A DNA stretch of 64,000 nt from an uncultured Verrucomicrobiae bacterium. Lineage in GTDB: Bacteria; Verrucomicrobiota; Verrucomicrobiia; Limisphaerales; Palsa-1400. Where the stretch lies: the NCBI GenBank assembly GCA_963702845.1, contig OY969763.1, positions 4,192,001 to 4,256,000 on the forward strand. The letters run 5' to 3'. The position numbers were made by a program, and so were the translations under genes. The notes under the pieces are model-generated. The model did not search any database and was not told where the DNA came from. It saw nothing but the letters and a program-made list of their open reading frames with translations. The first letter of the stretch is position 1. Each line of letters starts with the position of its first letter. This document shows positions 31,648 through 40,743 of the stretch, piece by piece.

Positions 31648-33290
31648 ATGTTAAGCACGTTGCGCATCAAAAATCTTGCCCTGGTCAGCGACCTCACGCT
31701 GCACCTCCAGCCCGGCTACAACGTCATCACTGGTGAAACCGGCGCGGGGAAGTCGATCATCATCGGTGCGCTCAATCTAGTGCTTGGTCAACGCGCTGAT
31801 CGCGATGCGATTCGTGCCGGGGCGGATCAATGCTCGGTCGAAGCGGTGTTCGAAATCGGAAAGCGCAAAGTCGATCGATACACTGCTGGAGGATAACGGC
31901 GCGGAACCGTGCGCCGATGGCCAACTTATCATCAAACGAACGTTCAGCGCGGCTGGTTCGAATCGCCAGTTCATCAACGGTTCGCCCACCACTTTGCAAA
32001 CCCTCGCGCTGCTCGGTGAGCACTTGGTCGACATGCACGGACCGCACGAGCATCAATCGTTGTTGCGACAACGCAGTCAGTTGGATGCGTTTGGATGGAT
32101 TTGCCGGACTGTTGCCATTGCGCAAGGAATTCGAGTCGGCGGCCCGTTTATGCCGCACGATCGAAGGGGACAAGTCCACCTTGATCGTCGACGAGCAAAC
32201 TTACGCGCAGCAACTGGATCTTCTTCGATTTCAAACGAACGAAATCAGCGCTGCGCGTTTGGAGCCCGGTGAAGGAGCGGAAGTCGAACAGGAGTTTCAA
32301 CGGGCGAGCAATGCCGCGCGCCTTCTTGAACTTACCCAAGCCGCACTCGACGTCCTAAGCGAAGCGGATAACTCGCTGCTCACTCAATCTGCCGAGATCG
32401 GCCGCAATCTTCAGGAACTGCAACGGATTGATTCCGGCGCGACTGAAGTGCTCGGCGCGCATGAACAAGTCACGTCGTCCTTGCGAGAACTCCAGGCGGC
32501 ACTCGGCCATTACTCGGAACGCATTGACGTCGATCCCGCTCGCCTGCGCGAACTGGAAGCACGCGTCGACCTGTTGCACAGCCTGAAACGGAAGTACGGC
32601 CCGAAGCTCGAAGATGTGATTGCATTTGGCGAGTCAGCGAAACAGAAGCTGCAAAATCTGGAACAGCGCGATGTCGAACTGGAGCGCCTGAATTCGCAGT
32701 TGATGAAAGCCAAGAAGGAAGTCTTGCGAATCGGGCGCGAGCTAACGGCTCAACGCAAAAAGGCCATACCGAAATTTGCCAAAGCGGTGACCAAACAGTT
32801 GAACGATCTCGGCTTTGCACAAAGCCAATTTGACGTAGCGCTCACATCGGCCTCCGACGGCGAAGATGCCATTGAATTTCAGTTCGCGCCTAACCCTGGC
32901 GAACCGCCCCGACCGCTTCGCGCGGTTGCCTCATCGGGAGAACTTTCTCGCGTGATGCTGGCGCTCAAAACAGTCCTGGCTTCCGAAGATCAAATCCCGG
33001 TGCTCGTATTTGATGAGATCGACGCGAACGTCGGCGGCGAAACCGCCGGTGTTGTCGGCGAAAAAATGTTACAGATTGCGCACACGCACCAGGTAATCTG
33101 CATCACGCACTTGCCACCGGTTGCTGCCACAGCTTCGACCCATTTTGTTGTCTCCAAACGCCAACACGAAGGTCGCACGATTTCGGAAATTCATCTTCTA
33201 GAACGCGCTCAACGTGTCAATGAAATCGCCCGCATGCTCGGTGGCCAAAGCGAAGCCGCGCGCAAACACGCGCAATCGCTGCTGGGTTAA
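31648..33290 (+). CDS. recN: DNA repair protein RecN, apparent frameshifts at about 31860-32100
   Basis: LRIKNLALV...TGETGAGKS, DMHGPHEHQSL, ASSGELSRVML, VFDEIDANVGG, QVICITHLP, EIARMLGG. Confidence 0.93.
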
Positions 33291-33437
33291 AAACTTATTA
33301 AAATGTTAATAAGTCCGGGCTTTTTTTGCGCAAAAACAAATGTGGTGGTTAAAAAGTGACAGCGCTGCGTGCGCGACTCTAACCATTTTTTAATCCCTCA
33401 GCTGCCTTCGCATTTTCTTCTAGGGGAAATCACGAGT

Positions 33438-33453
33438 TGGCATTGCCGGTGCT
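33438..33453 (+). promoter_or_regulatory. sigma54 (-24/-12) promoter of the first PII-amt operon
   Basis: TGGCATTGCCGGTGCT = GG-N10-GC, about 56 bp before the PII start. Confidence 0.7.
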
Positions 33454-33455
33454 AA

Positions 33456-33848
<393 letters not shown>

Positions 33849-33875
33849 CGCAAACCAAAAACTAAAACTACCAAG

Positions 33876-35720
33876 ATGAAGAAATATCTAGCACTCGCAA
33901 CGATTCTGGCTGGCTTAACCATCGGCGCATTCGCCCAAGCGCCGGCAGACACCAATGCCGCTCCACCCGCTGCCGCGCCAGCTTCAAATAACGACCCCGG
34001 CGGCGGCGCCACGGGAACGATTGGCGACGTCGGTGGCTCCGGCGGATCTTATAGTTATCCTGGGTTTCAAGTCAGTGCTCCTACGCCGCTAAGCGACGAC
34101 GACAAAAAGGACACGAATAAAGTCGCCGCGTTCAACGATGCCACTAAAGCTGCGGCAGATTATACGGCGCAAACCAAAGTTGAACCGCTCGCGGTGAAAC
34201 TGGCTGACGCAGTCGGTCACAACCGCATCTCGATCAACTTCGTCTGGGTGCTGATCACCGGCTTCATGGTCATGTTCATGCAAGCTGGTTTCGCGCTGGT
34301 TGAAACCGGTCTTTGCCGCGCCAAAAATGCCGCGCACGTCATGACGATGAACATGCTGATCTATCCGCTCGGCATGTTGGGTTTTTGGTTGTGCGGCTTT
34401 GCATTCATGTTCGGTGGCGTTGGTACGCCCGGCGCCGGAACGCTCGGTTCCTGCACGAGCTTGAACCATGAAGTCACCTGGACGCTGTTCGGAAAACCTT
34501 TCGGTATCATCGGTTGGAAAGGCTTCTGCCTCTCCGGTGATACCTACGATGTCGGTTTGTTCACCCTGTTCCTCTTCCAGATGGTGTTCATGGATACCAC
34601 TGCAACGATTCCCACTGGAGCAGCTGCAGAACGTTGGAAGTTCTCCTCCTTCTGCCTCTACGGCTGTTTCATCGGCACCGTTATGTATCCCTTATTCGGC
34701 AACTGGGTCTGGGGCGGCGGCTGGTTGTCGCAGCTCGGTGTGAATTTCGGTTTAGGCCACGGCCACGTGGATTTCGCAGGGTCATCAGTTGTTCACTTAC
34801 AAGGAGGTGTCATTGGATTGATCTTCGCGTGGCTGATCGGCCCTCGTCTCGGCAAATACAATAAAGACGGCAGCATCAACCCCATGCCGCCGCACAACAT
34901 TCCTTACGCGATTCTTGGCACGTTCATTCTCGCGTTCGGTTGGTTCGGATTTAATCCTGGTTCAACTCTCGCCGGCACGGACATGCGCATGGCCGTCGTT
35001 GCAGTGAACACGATGCTCGCTTCTGCCTCGGGTTGCATGGCGTCGGTTGTCTGGATGTGGTGGTTCCGCACCAAAAAACCAGATCCGAGCATGGCCTGTA
35101 ACGGCATGCTCGCCGGCCTGGTCGCGATCACTGCGCCTTGCGCATTCGTCACCGCCGGTGGCTCATTAATCATTGGGTTGATTTCCGGTATCCTTGTCGT
35201 CGAATCAGTCTTCTTCTTCGACAAAATCAAAATTGATGATCCGGTTGGCGCGATCTCCGTCCACGGAATCAACGGCGCTTGGGGTTGCCTCGCGCTTGGA
35301 TTGTTCAGTGACGGCACCTACGGGCAGGGCTGGAATGGTGTGCACTGGTTCAAATTGCTCGACGGCACCTACAAAATTCTGGATCCGTCCGCCGCACCGA
35401 AAGGTGCGATCGAACAAGGCATCCTCGGCACCTTCTACGGTGGCGGCATGAGCCAATTCTGGGCCGAATTCGTCGGCGTCCTCACTTGCTTCATCACACT
35501 GTCGATCCTGTCGCTGATTGTTTACGGACTTGTTGCTCTGATAACAAAGGGCCAGCGCGTTTCCCCCGAAATGGAATTGGACGGTTTGGACGTTCCGGAA
35601 ATGGGTGTCGCTGCTTACTCCGGTATCGTGATGGACAAACAATCTGAAACTCCGATGTCGAAAGGCTACGGATCGTCACCTCTACCAGCAAAAGCTCCGA
35701 AGGATTCGGTCAATGCTTGA
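33876..35720 (+). CDS. amt: Ammonium transporter (long form)
   Basis: FMQAGF, AERWKF, DFAGSSVVH, WFGFNPGS, DDPVGAISVHG; both pore His residues present. Confidence 0.95.
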   Translation: MKKYLALATILAGLTIGAFAQAPADTNAAPPAAAPASNNDPGGGATGTIGDVGGSGGSYSYPGFQVSAPTPLSDDDKKDTNKVAAFNDATKAAADYTAQTKVEPLAVKLADAVGHNRISINFVWVLITGFMVMFMQAGFALVETGLCRAKNAAHVMTMNMLIYPLGMLGFWLCGFAFMFGGVGTPGAGTLGSCTSLNHEVTWTLFGKPFGIIGWKGFCLSGDTYDVGLFTLFLFQMVFMDTTATIPTGAAAERWKFSSFCLYGCFIGTVMYPLFGNWVWGGGWLSQLGVNFGLGHGHVDFAGSSVVHLQGGVIGLIFAWLIGPRLGKYNKDGSINPMPPHNIPYAILGTFILAFGWFGFNPGSTLAGTDMRMAVVAVNTMLASASGCMASVVWMWWFRTKKPDPSMACNGMLAGLVAITAPCAFVTAGGSLIIGLISGILVVESVFFFDKIKIDDPVGAISVHGINGAWGCLALGLFSDGTYGQGWNGVHWFKLLDGTYKILDPSAAPKGAIEQGILGTFYGGGMSQFWAEFVGVLTCFITLSILSLIVYGLVALITKGQRVSPEMELDGLDVPEMGVAAYSGIVMDKQSETPMSKGYGSSPLPAKAPKDSVNA

Positions 35721-35794
35721 TTAACCACCCCACCCTCCCGGTTGCGCTAAGTAAAACCAAATGGCGCAACCGGGGTCTGGGGCGGAGGTAAAAT

Positions 35795-36118
35795 ATGAAA
35801 ATGTTTGAAATATTCCAAATGTTCGGCGCAACGATCGTGGGCGGCGCAATCGGTTGGGGATTCGGCCTGCTCCAACAAGCCGCCACCCGCCACAATGAAC
35901 GACTCCAAACCACCGGCAAACTTAACAAGGTCTGGTCGCTGATGCCCGGCTCGATGACGCGCGTCGCGTTTCTCCTGGTCGCGCTCGCACTCGTTCAGGT
36001 CGTTTGCCCGTTATTTTTCACGAGCACTGCGCAATGGGGTGTCTCGGCTGGCGTGATCGCCGGTTACGGCTGGACGCTGTATCAGAGCATGCGCGCGCGC
36101 CTCGCCGCCCGTGTTTAG
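35795..36118 (+). CDS. Small hypothetical membrane protein (about 3 TM)
   Basis: GGAGG before ATG; hydrophobic segments; operon position. Confidence 0.6.
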   Translation: MKMFEIFQMFGATIVGGAIGWGFGLLQQAATRHNERLQTTGKLNKVWSLMPGSMTRVAFLLVALALVQVVCPLFFTSTAQWGVSAGVIAGYGWTLYQSMRARLAARV

Positions 36119-36155
36119 TCCACTCCACTTTTTAACCTCAACAAAAACTACATTA

Positions 36156-36374
36156 ATGAGCACTCCAAAGAGTGTAATTGATAATGCAAAGAAACAGGGC
36201 GCGAAGATGGTCGACGTGAAGTTCGTCGACACCTTCGGCACCGCGTTCTTGTTGAAAGGCGACGTGTTCACTGCCGACTTTTTGGAGATGTGGATCAGCC
36301 ACAAACGCAAAGAGCACGACGCCCTGCGTTTGCGCCCACATCCCTACGAATTCTTCCTCTACTACGATGTGTAG
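36156..36374 (+). CDS. Mini-GlnA: in-frame fusion of the first 29 and last 43 residues of glutamine synthetase (small protein or deletion remnant)
   Basis: 70 of 72 aa identical to the termini of glnA at 42338-43751; all catalytic regions absent. Confidence 0.75.
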   Translation: MSTPKSVIDNAKKQGAKMVDVKFVDTFGTAFLLKGDVFTADFLEMWISHKRKEHDALRLRPHPYEFFLYYDV

Positions 36375-36396
36375 TTCGTAGTTCAGGCGGAGTGCT

Positions 36397-36431
36397 AAAC
36401 GCCCCGACGCTGTTCGTCGGGGCGTTTCTTT
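36397..36431 (+). terminator. Intrinsic terminator after mini-glnA
   Basis: AAACGCCCCGACG-ctgtt-CGTCGGGGCGTTT then CTTT. Confidence 0.8.
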
Positions 36432-36446
36432 AATTTAATACCCCCA

Positions 36447-37850
36447 ATGAATTACAGCGTTAGCCCCTGGATGATCCTGCCGTTCGGGCTGTTGCTCGGC
36501 ATGATCGCGCTCGCGCCATTGTTCTTCTCGAGCTGGTGGGGCAAACATTACATCAAAATCGCCGTCGGCCTCGCAGCGGTAATGGTCCTCTACTATTTCT
36601 TCGGCTTGGGCGCAAAAATGCGCATCGTCGAAACGGCGCACAATTACATCAGCTTCATCGTTTTTATCGGGGCACTGTTCGTTGTTTCCGGTGGAATTCA
36701 CATCCGGGTGAAAGGCGAAGCAACGCCGATGGCCAACGTGCTCTTCCTTGCCATCGGGGCACTGGTGGCAAACGCCCTCGGAACAACCGGCGCATCCATG
36801 TTGCTGATCCGGCCCTGGATTCGAATGAACCGCCATCGCATCACCGGCTATCATGTCGTGTTCTTCATCTTCATCGTCTCGAATGTCGGCGGCTGCCTGA
36901 CCCCTGTTGGCGATCCGCCGTTGTTCATTGGTTACCTCATGGGCGTGCCCTTCTGGTGGGTGACAAAGCAATGCTGGCCGATGTGGCTGACAGGCGTCGG
37001 CGTTCTCCTTGCGATGTTCTACGCGCTCGACCTGCGCAATTACAAACATGCCAGCAAAGACGTTCGCGATCATCTCACTGCCCACGAAGAATGGCGCTTC
37101 GACGGCTTGCGCAATTTGATTTTCCTCGCGGTCATTTTCGGCGCTGTCTTTATCGAACGCATTCCGTTCCTGCGCGAAGCCTTGATGCTTGGCGCCGCTG
37201 CGGCTTCGTACCATTACACTCACGACACCGTTCACGAATCCAACGAGTTCACCTTTCACCCGGTCAAAGAAGTTGCAGTTCTGTTCCTCGGGATCTTTGC
37301 CACAATGATGCCAGCACTCGATTGGTTGCAGGCAAATGCCCGGCTTTTCGGCACTCCGACACCAACATTGATGTATTTCGGCTCGGGCGCGCTCTCGAGT
37401 GTTTTGGATAATGCGCCCACCTACTGGAGTTTCTTGAGCGCTTCCATCGCAACTTTGGTGAGTCCGGAAACCGTGGCCGGTGTTAAATCGGTCATCGCCT
37501 CCGGCGGCACTCACGCAATGGCAGGTTCGGATGTCGCTCAAACGTTCGCGGTGTTGCAGAAATTTCATCCCGTTGAACTCGCTGCCAAAAACCTCACGAC
37601 CGAACACATCCAAGTCGCGAATCTGCTAGGGAACCCGTCGAGCAAGCTTTACGTCATCGCCGTGACCGTCGGCTCGGTCTTTTTCGGTGCGAACACTTAT
37701 ATCGGCAATGGCCCAAACTTCATGGTCAAAGCCATCGCCGACCAACAGAAAGTGACGACACCGGACTTCCTCAATTACATTTTCAAATACACGCTGCCCT
37801 TCATGGCCCCGATGTTGCTACTGGTCTGGTGGCTATTCTTCAGACAGTGA
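36447..37850 (+). CDS. Putative sodium:proton antiporter (ion-transporter superfamily)
   Basis: GTTGASMLLIRP, SNVGGCLTPVGDPPLFIG, LSSVLDNAPTY, GANTYIGNGPNFMVKAIA; many TM helices. Confidence 0.8.
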   Translation: MNYSVSPWMILPFGLLLGMIALAPLFFSSWWGKHYIKIAVGLAAVMVLYYFFGLGAKMRIVETAHNYISFIVFIGALFVVSGGIHIRVKGEATPMANVLFLAIGALVANALGTTGASMLLIRPWIRMNRHRITGYHVVFFIFIVSNVGGCLTPVGDPPLFIGYLMGVPFWWVTKQCWPMWLTGVGVLLAMFYALDLRNYKHASKDVRDHLTAHEEWRFDGLRNLIFLAVIFGAVFIERIPFLREALMLGAAAASYHYTHDTVHESNEFTFHPVKEVAVLFLGIFATMMPALDWLQANARLFGTPTPTLMYFGSGALSSVLDNAPTYWSFLSASIATLVSPETVAGVKSVIASGGTHAMAGSDVAQTFAVLQKFHPVELAAKNLTTEHIQVANLLGNPSSKLYVIAVTVGSVFFGANTYIGNGPNFMVKAIADQQKVTTPDFLNYIFKYTLPFMAPMLLLVWWLFFRQ

Positions 37851-37867
37851 AGCGGTGGCCGGTTTTC

Positions 37868-39433
37868 ATGCCGTTCGCATCTGAAATCATGAGTCGCAAC
37901 GGCGTGGCAGTTTCAAAAATGAAGCTGTTCACGCACGGGTCGGCAACGTCTCAATACGCTGCTGCGACGGCGGCGGTCGCGGCTGCAACTGCCGGTGGTT
38001 TTATTTTCAATCCACTGATCGGCCCGCATTCGACCGCATTTATTTTCCTCCTGTTCGTGGTTGCGCTCGCGCTGTTTCTTGGACGCGGCCCAACGCTGCT
38101 GGCAGCGACTCTTAGTGCCATTTCCTGGGACTTTTTCTTTCTGCCACCAGTTTTTGCATTTCGCATCACGCACCTGGAAGACGCGATTTTGCTGGCGATG
38201 TATTTCGTCGTGTCGGTCGTGCTCGGGCAACTCACCACACGAATCCGCCGACAGGAAGCGATCGAGCGACGCCGCGAGGAAAGGGTCACGGCATTGTTTC
38301 TGCTAGCTCGAGATCTCACCGAGTCGAAAGACATCAACGAAATGCTCGAGAACGCCGCCAGTCATATCGAAAAGACCTTCGATGCCAAAGCCGCCGTTCT
38401 TCTCCCCGACCGCACCCAAAGGTTGAAACGTTACCCGTATCCCGCGGGCGCATTCACCATCGACGATCGCGATCGCCAGGTCGCCGCGCACGTTTTTGCC
38501 CACGGCAAACCTGCCGGCAGTTTCACCCAAAACATGCCCGTCATTGCGGCGATGTTTGTTCCGCTCGCGACGAGCAATGAAACCCTCGGCGTGATGGGCC
38601 TGAAGTTTTCTGACCCACTCGGTCCGAGCACCAACCAGAAAATTTTACTCGAGGATTTCAATCAGCAGATTGCCACGTCACTCGCTCGTCTGCGCCTGCG
38701 TGAAGTTTCGGAAAAAACAAAACTGCTCACCGAATCAGAGCGTTTGAGCAAGACTCTGTTGAATTCCGTTTCGCACGAAATCCGCACGCCAATAGCGGCC
38801 ATTAAAAGCGCTGTCACCAATCTCGCCGAAATCAAAGACGCTCCTCTGTCAGAGTCCCAGAAACAAATGGTCGGCGAAATCCAGGAAGCCACCGAGCGGC
38901 TCGACCGCGTCGTTGGGAATGTTCTCGAAATCACGCGTCTGGAAGCCGGTCGCGTGCAACCAAAAATCAATTTGTGCGACGTGCGCGACTTGATTCAAGT
39001 CGCGTTGAAAGACGTGAAAAACAAAATGTCGGCGCACAAAATCACCGTCGCAATCACGCCGGATTTGCCACTCGTGCAATTGGATTTCGTTCTCACCCAA
39101 CAAGCGTTGCACAACCTGCTTTCCAATGCCGCATTTCACACGCCGCCGGGCACCGCGGTGAACGTCGGAGCCCGCGTCGATGGCACGTGGCTCTTACTTA
39201 CCATCGCCGACAACGGCCCGGGAATCCCGCCAGAATGTATCGCGCGAATTTTCGATAAATTTTATCGCGGCCCCAGCGCATTGGCTGGCGGAATCGGACT
39301 TGGCCTTTCAGTGACTGAAGGCCTGATTCTGGCGCAAAATGGCAATATTCAGGTCGAAAACCGGCCCGATGGCGGCGCACTTTTTACCATTCGTCTCCCA
39401 ATCAACCGCAGCGCTGCTGCAATCAAATCGTGA
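37868..39433 (+). CDS. KdpD-like sensor histidine kinase (DUF4118 membrane domain, GAF, HisKA, HATPase) lacking the N-terminal KdpD/Usp domains; start uncertain
   Basis: WDFFFLPPVFAFRI, ERLSKTLLNSVSHEIRTP, NLLSNA, DNGPGIP, IFDKFYR, GIGLGL. Confidence 0.88.
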   Translation: MPFASEIMSRNGVAVSKMKLFTHGSATSQYAAATAAVAAATAGGFIFNPLIGPHSTAFIFLLFVVALALFLGRGPTLLAATLSAISWDFFFLPPVFAFRITHLEDAILLAMYFVVSVVLGQLTTRIRRQEAIERRREERVTALFLLARDLTESKDINEMLENAASHIEKTFDAKAAVLLPDRTQRLKRYPYPAGAFTIDDRDRQVAAHVFAHGKPAGSFTQNMPVIAAMFVPLATSNETLGVMGLKFSDPLGPSTNQKILLEDFNQQIATSLARLRLREVSEKTKLLTESERLSKTLLNSVSHEIRTPIAAIKSAVTNLAEIKDAPLSESQKQMVGEIQEATERLDRVVGNVLEITRLEAGRVQPKINLCDVRDLIQVALKDVKNKMSAHKITVAITPDLPLVQLDFVLTQQALHNLLSNAAFHTPPGTAVNVGARVDGTWLLLTIADNGPGIPPECIARIFDKFYRGPSALAGGIGLGLSVTEGLILAQNGNIQVENRPDGGALFTIRLPINRSAAAIKS

Positions 39434-40143
39434 ACATCGAAACGCCCATCAAATCAAAGGTCCTCATCGTCGATGACGAATCGCAAATGCGCCGTTTGTT
39501 GCGCGTGTCGCTCGAGCGAAACGGGTATGAAGTGTCCGAAGCGTCCAACGGCAAACAAGCTCTGGCCGAAGCAGTGCGTACGCAACCGGACCTTGTCGTA
39601 CTCGACCTCGGTTTGCCGGACAGTGATGGCATTGAAGTTTTAAAACGTTTGCGCGAGTGGACGCAGGCACCAATCGTTATCGTCTCCGTTCGCTATCACG
39701 AAGACGAAAAGATCAACGCTCTCGACAATGGCGCCGACGATTACGTCACAAAACCTTTCGGCACACGTGAATTGCTCGCCAGGTTGCGCGTGGCCGAACG
39801 TCACCGGAAAATTTCCACCGCCACGACGTCGTTTCATGCCGGTGCACTTTCCGTCGATTTCGAAACGCGCACAGTCAAACGCGGTGATCAAAAAATCAAA
39901 CTGACCGCCACCGAATATTCAATTCTGCGCCTGTTCATTCAGCACGCCGGGAAAGTTCTGACTCACGGTCAAATCCTGCGCGCGATTTGGGGAACCGAAG
40001 ACATGGAAAAAACTGGTTACCTTCGGGTCTACATGGCTTACCTCCGCGAGAAACTCGAAGAGAATCCTTCCGAGCCAACGCTGCTCGTGACAGAGCCGGG
40101 CGTGGGCTATCGATTGGTCATCGACGACCCAGCTCCTCATTAA
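39430..40143 (+). CDS. kdpE: KdpE-like OmpR-family response regulator
   Basis: LDLGLPDSDGIEVLKRLREW, GADDYVTKPF, GKVLTH..IL..IWG, YLRVYMAYLREKLE, TEPGVGYR. Confidence 0.85.
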   Translation: MNIETPIKSKVLIVDDESQMRRLLRVSLERNGYEVSEASNGKQALAEAVRTQPDLVVLDLGLPDSDGIEVLKRLREWTQAPIVIVSVRYHEDEKINALDNGADDYVTKPFGTRELLARLRVAERHRKISTATTSFHAGALSVDFETRTVKRGDQKIKLTATEYSILRLFIQHAGKVLTHGQILRAIWGTEDMEKTGYLRVYMAYLREKLEENPSEPTLLVTEPGVGYRLVIDDPAPH

Positions 40144-40152
40144 AAAGGTGTT

Positions 40153-40192
40153 AAAAAAACGACAGTTCAAATCGTTCCAATTGTCGTTTTTT
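40153..40192 (+). terminator. Probable bidirectional intrinsic terminator
   Basis: AAAAAACGACAG...TTGTCGTTTTTT. Confidence 0.55.
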
Positions 40193-40240
40193 GCTCACCG
40201 CGGGCTTTCACACATCTTCCCCGAAAAAAATTTCAAATAA

Positions 40241-40289
40241 TTAAAATCTTATTAAAACCGCGCCAGACTTGGTTTTAATACGATTTTAA
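40241..40289. promoter_or_regulatory. Two inverted TTAAAA-N5-TTAAAA direct-repeat boxes (candidate OmpR/KdpE-type sites)
   Basis: TTAAAAtcttaTTAAAA (40241-40257) and TTTTAAtacgaTTTTAA (40273-40289); further copies at 40140-40156 and 33287-33303. Confidence 0.55.
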
Positions 40290-40319
40290 CATCCACCGAA
40301 CCTCACTGGCACGGTCCAC

Positions 40320-40335
40320 TGGTACTCCGGTTGCT
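40320..40335 (+). promoter_or_regulatory. sigma54 (-24/-12) promoter of PII-amtB-glnA
   Basis: TGGTACTCCGGTTGCT = GG-N10-GC, 36 bp before the PII start. Confidence 0.75.
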
Positions 40336-40365
40336 ATCCCTTCTTCAAAGGCTAAAGCTTTGTAA

Positions 40366-40710
<345 letters not shown>

Positions 40711-40743
40711 CCCTCAACCACAGACTTTCTACTAATCAACCAC

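Noticed and set aside
33287..33328. Treating the 33287 box as an unambiguous regulator site
   Set aside because: It overlaps the recN stop and an inverted repeat (CTTATTAA-aatg-TTAATAAG) before a T-tract, so it may be a terminator; counted only as weak support
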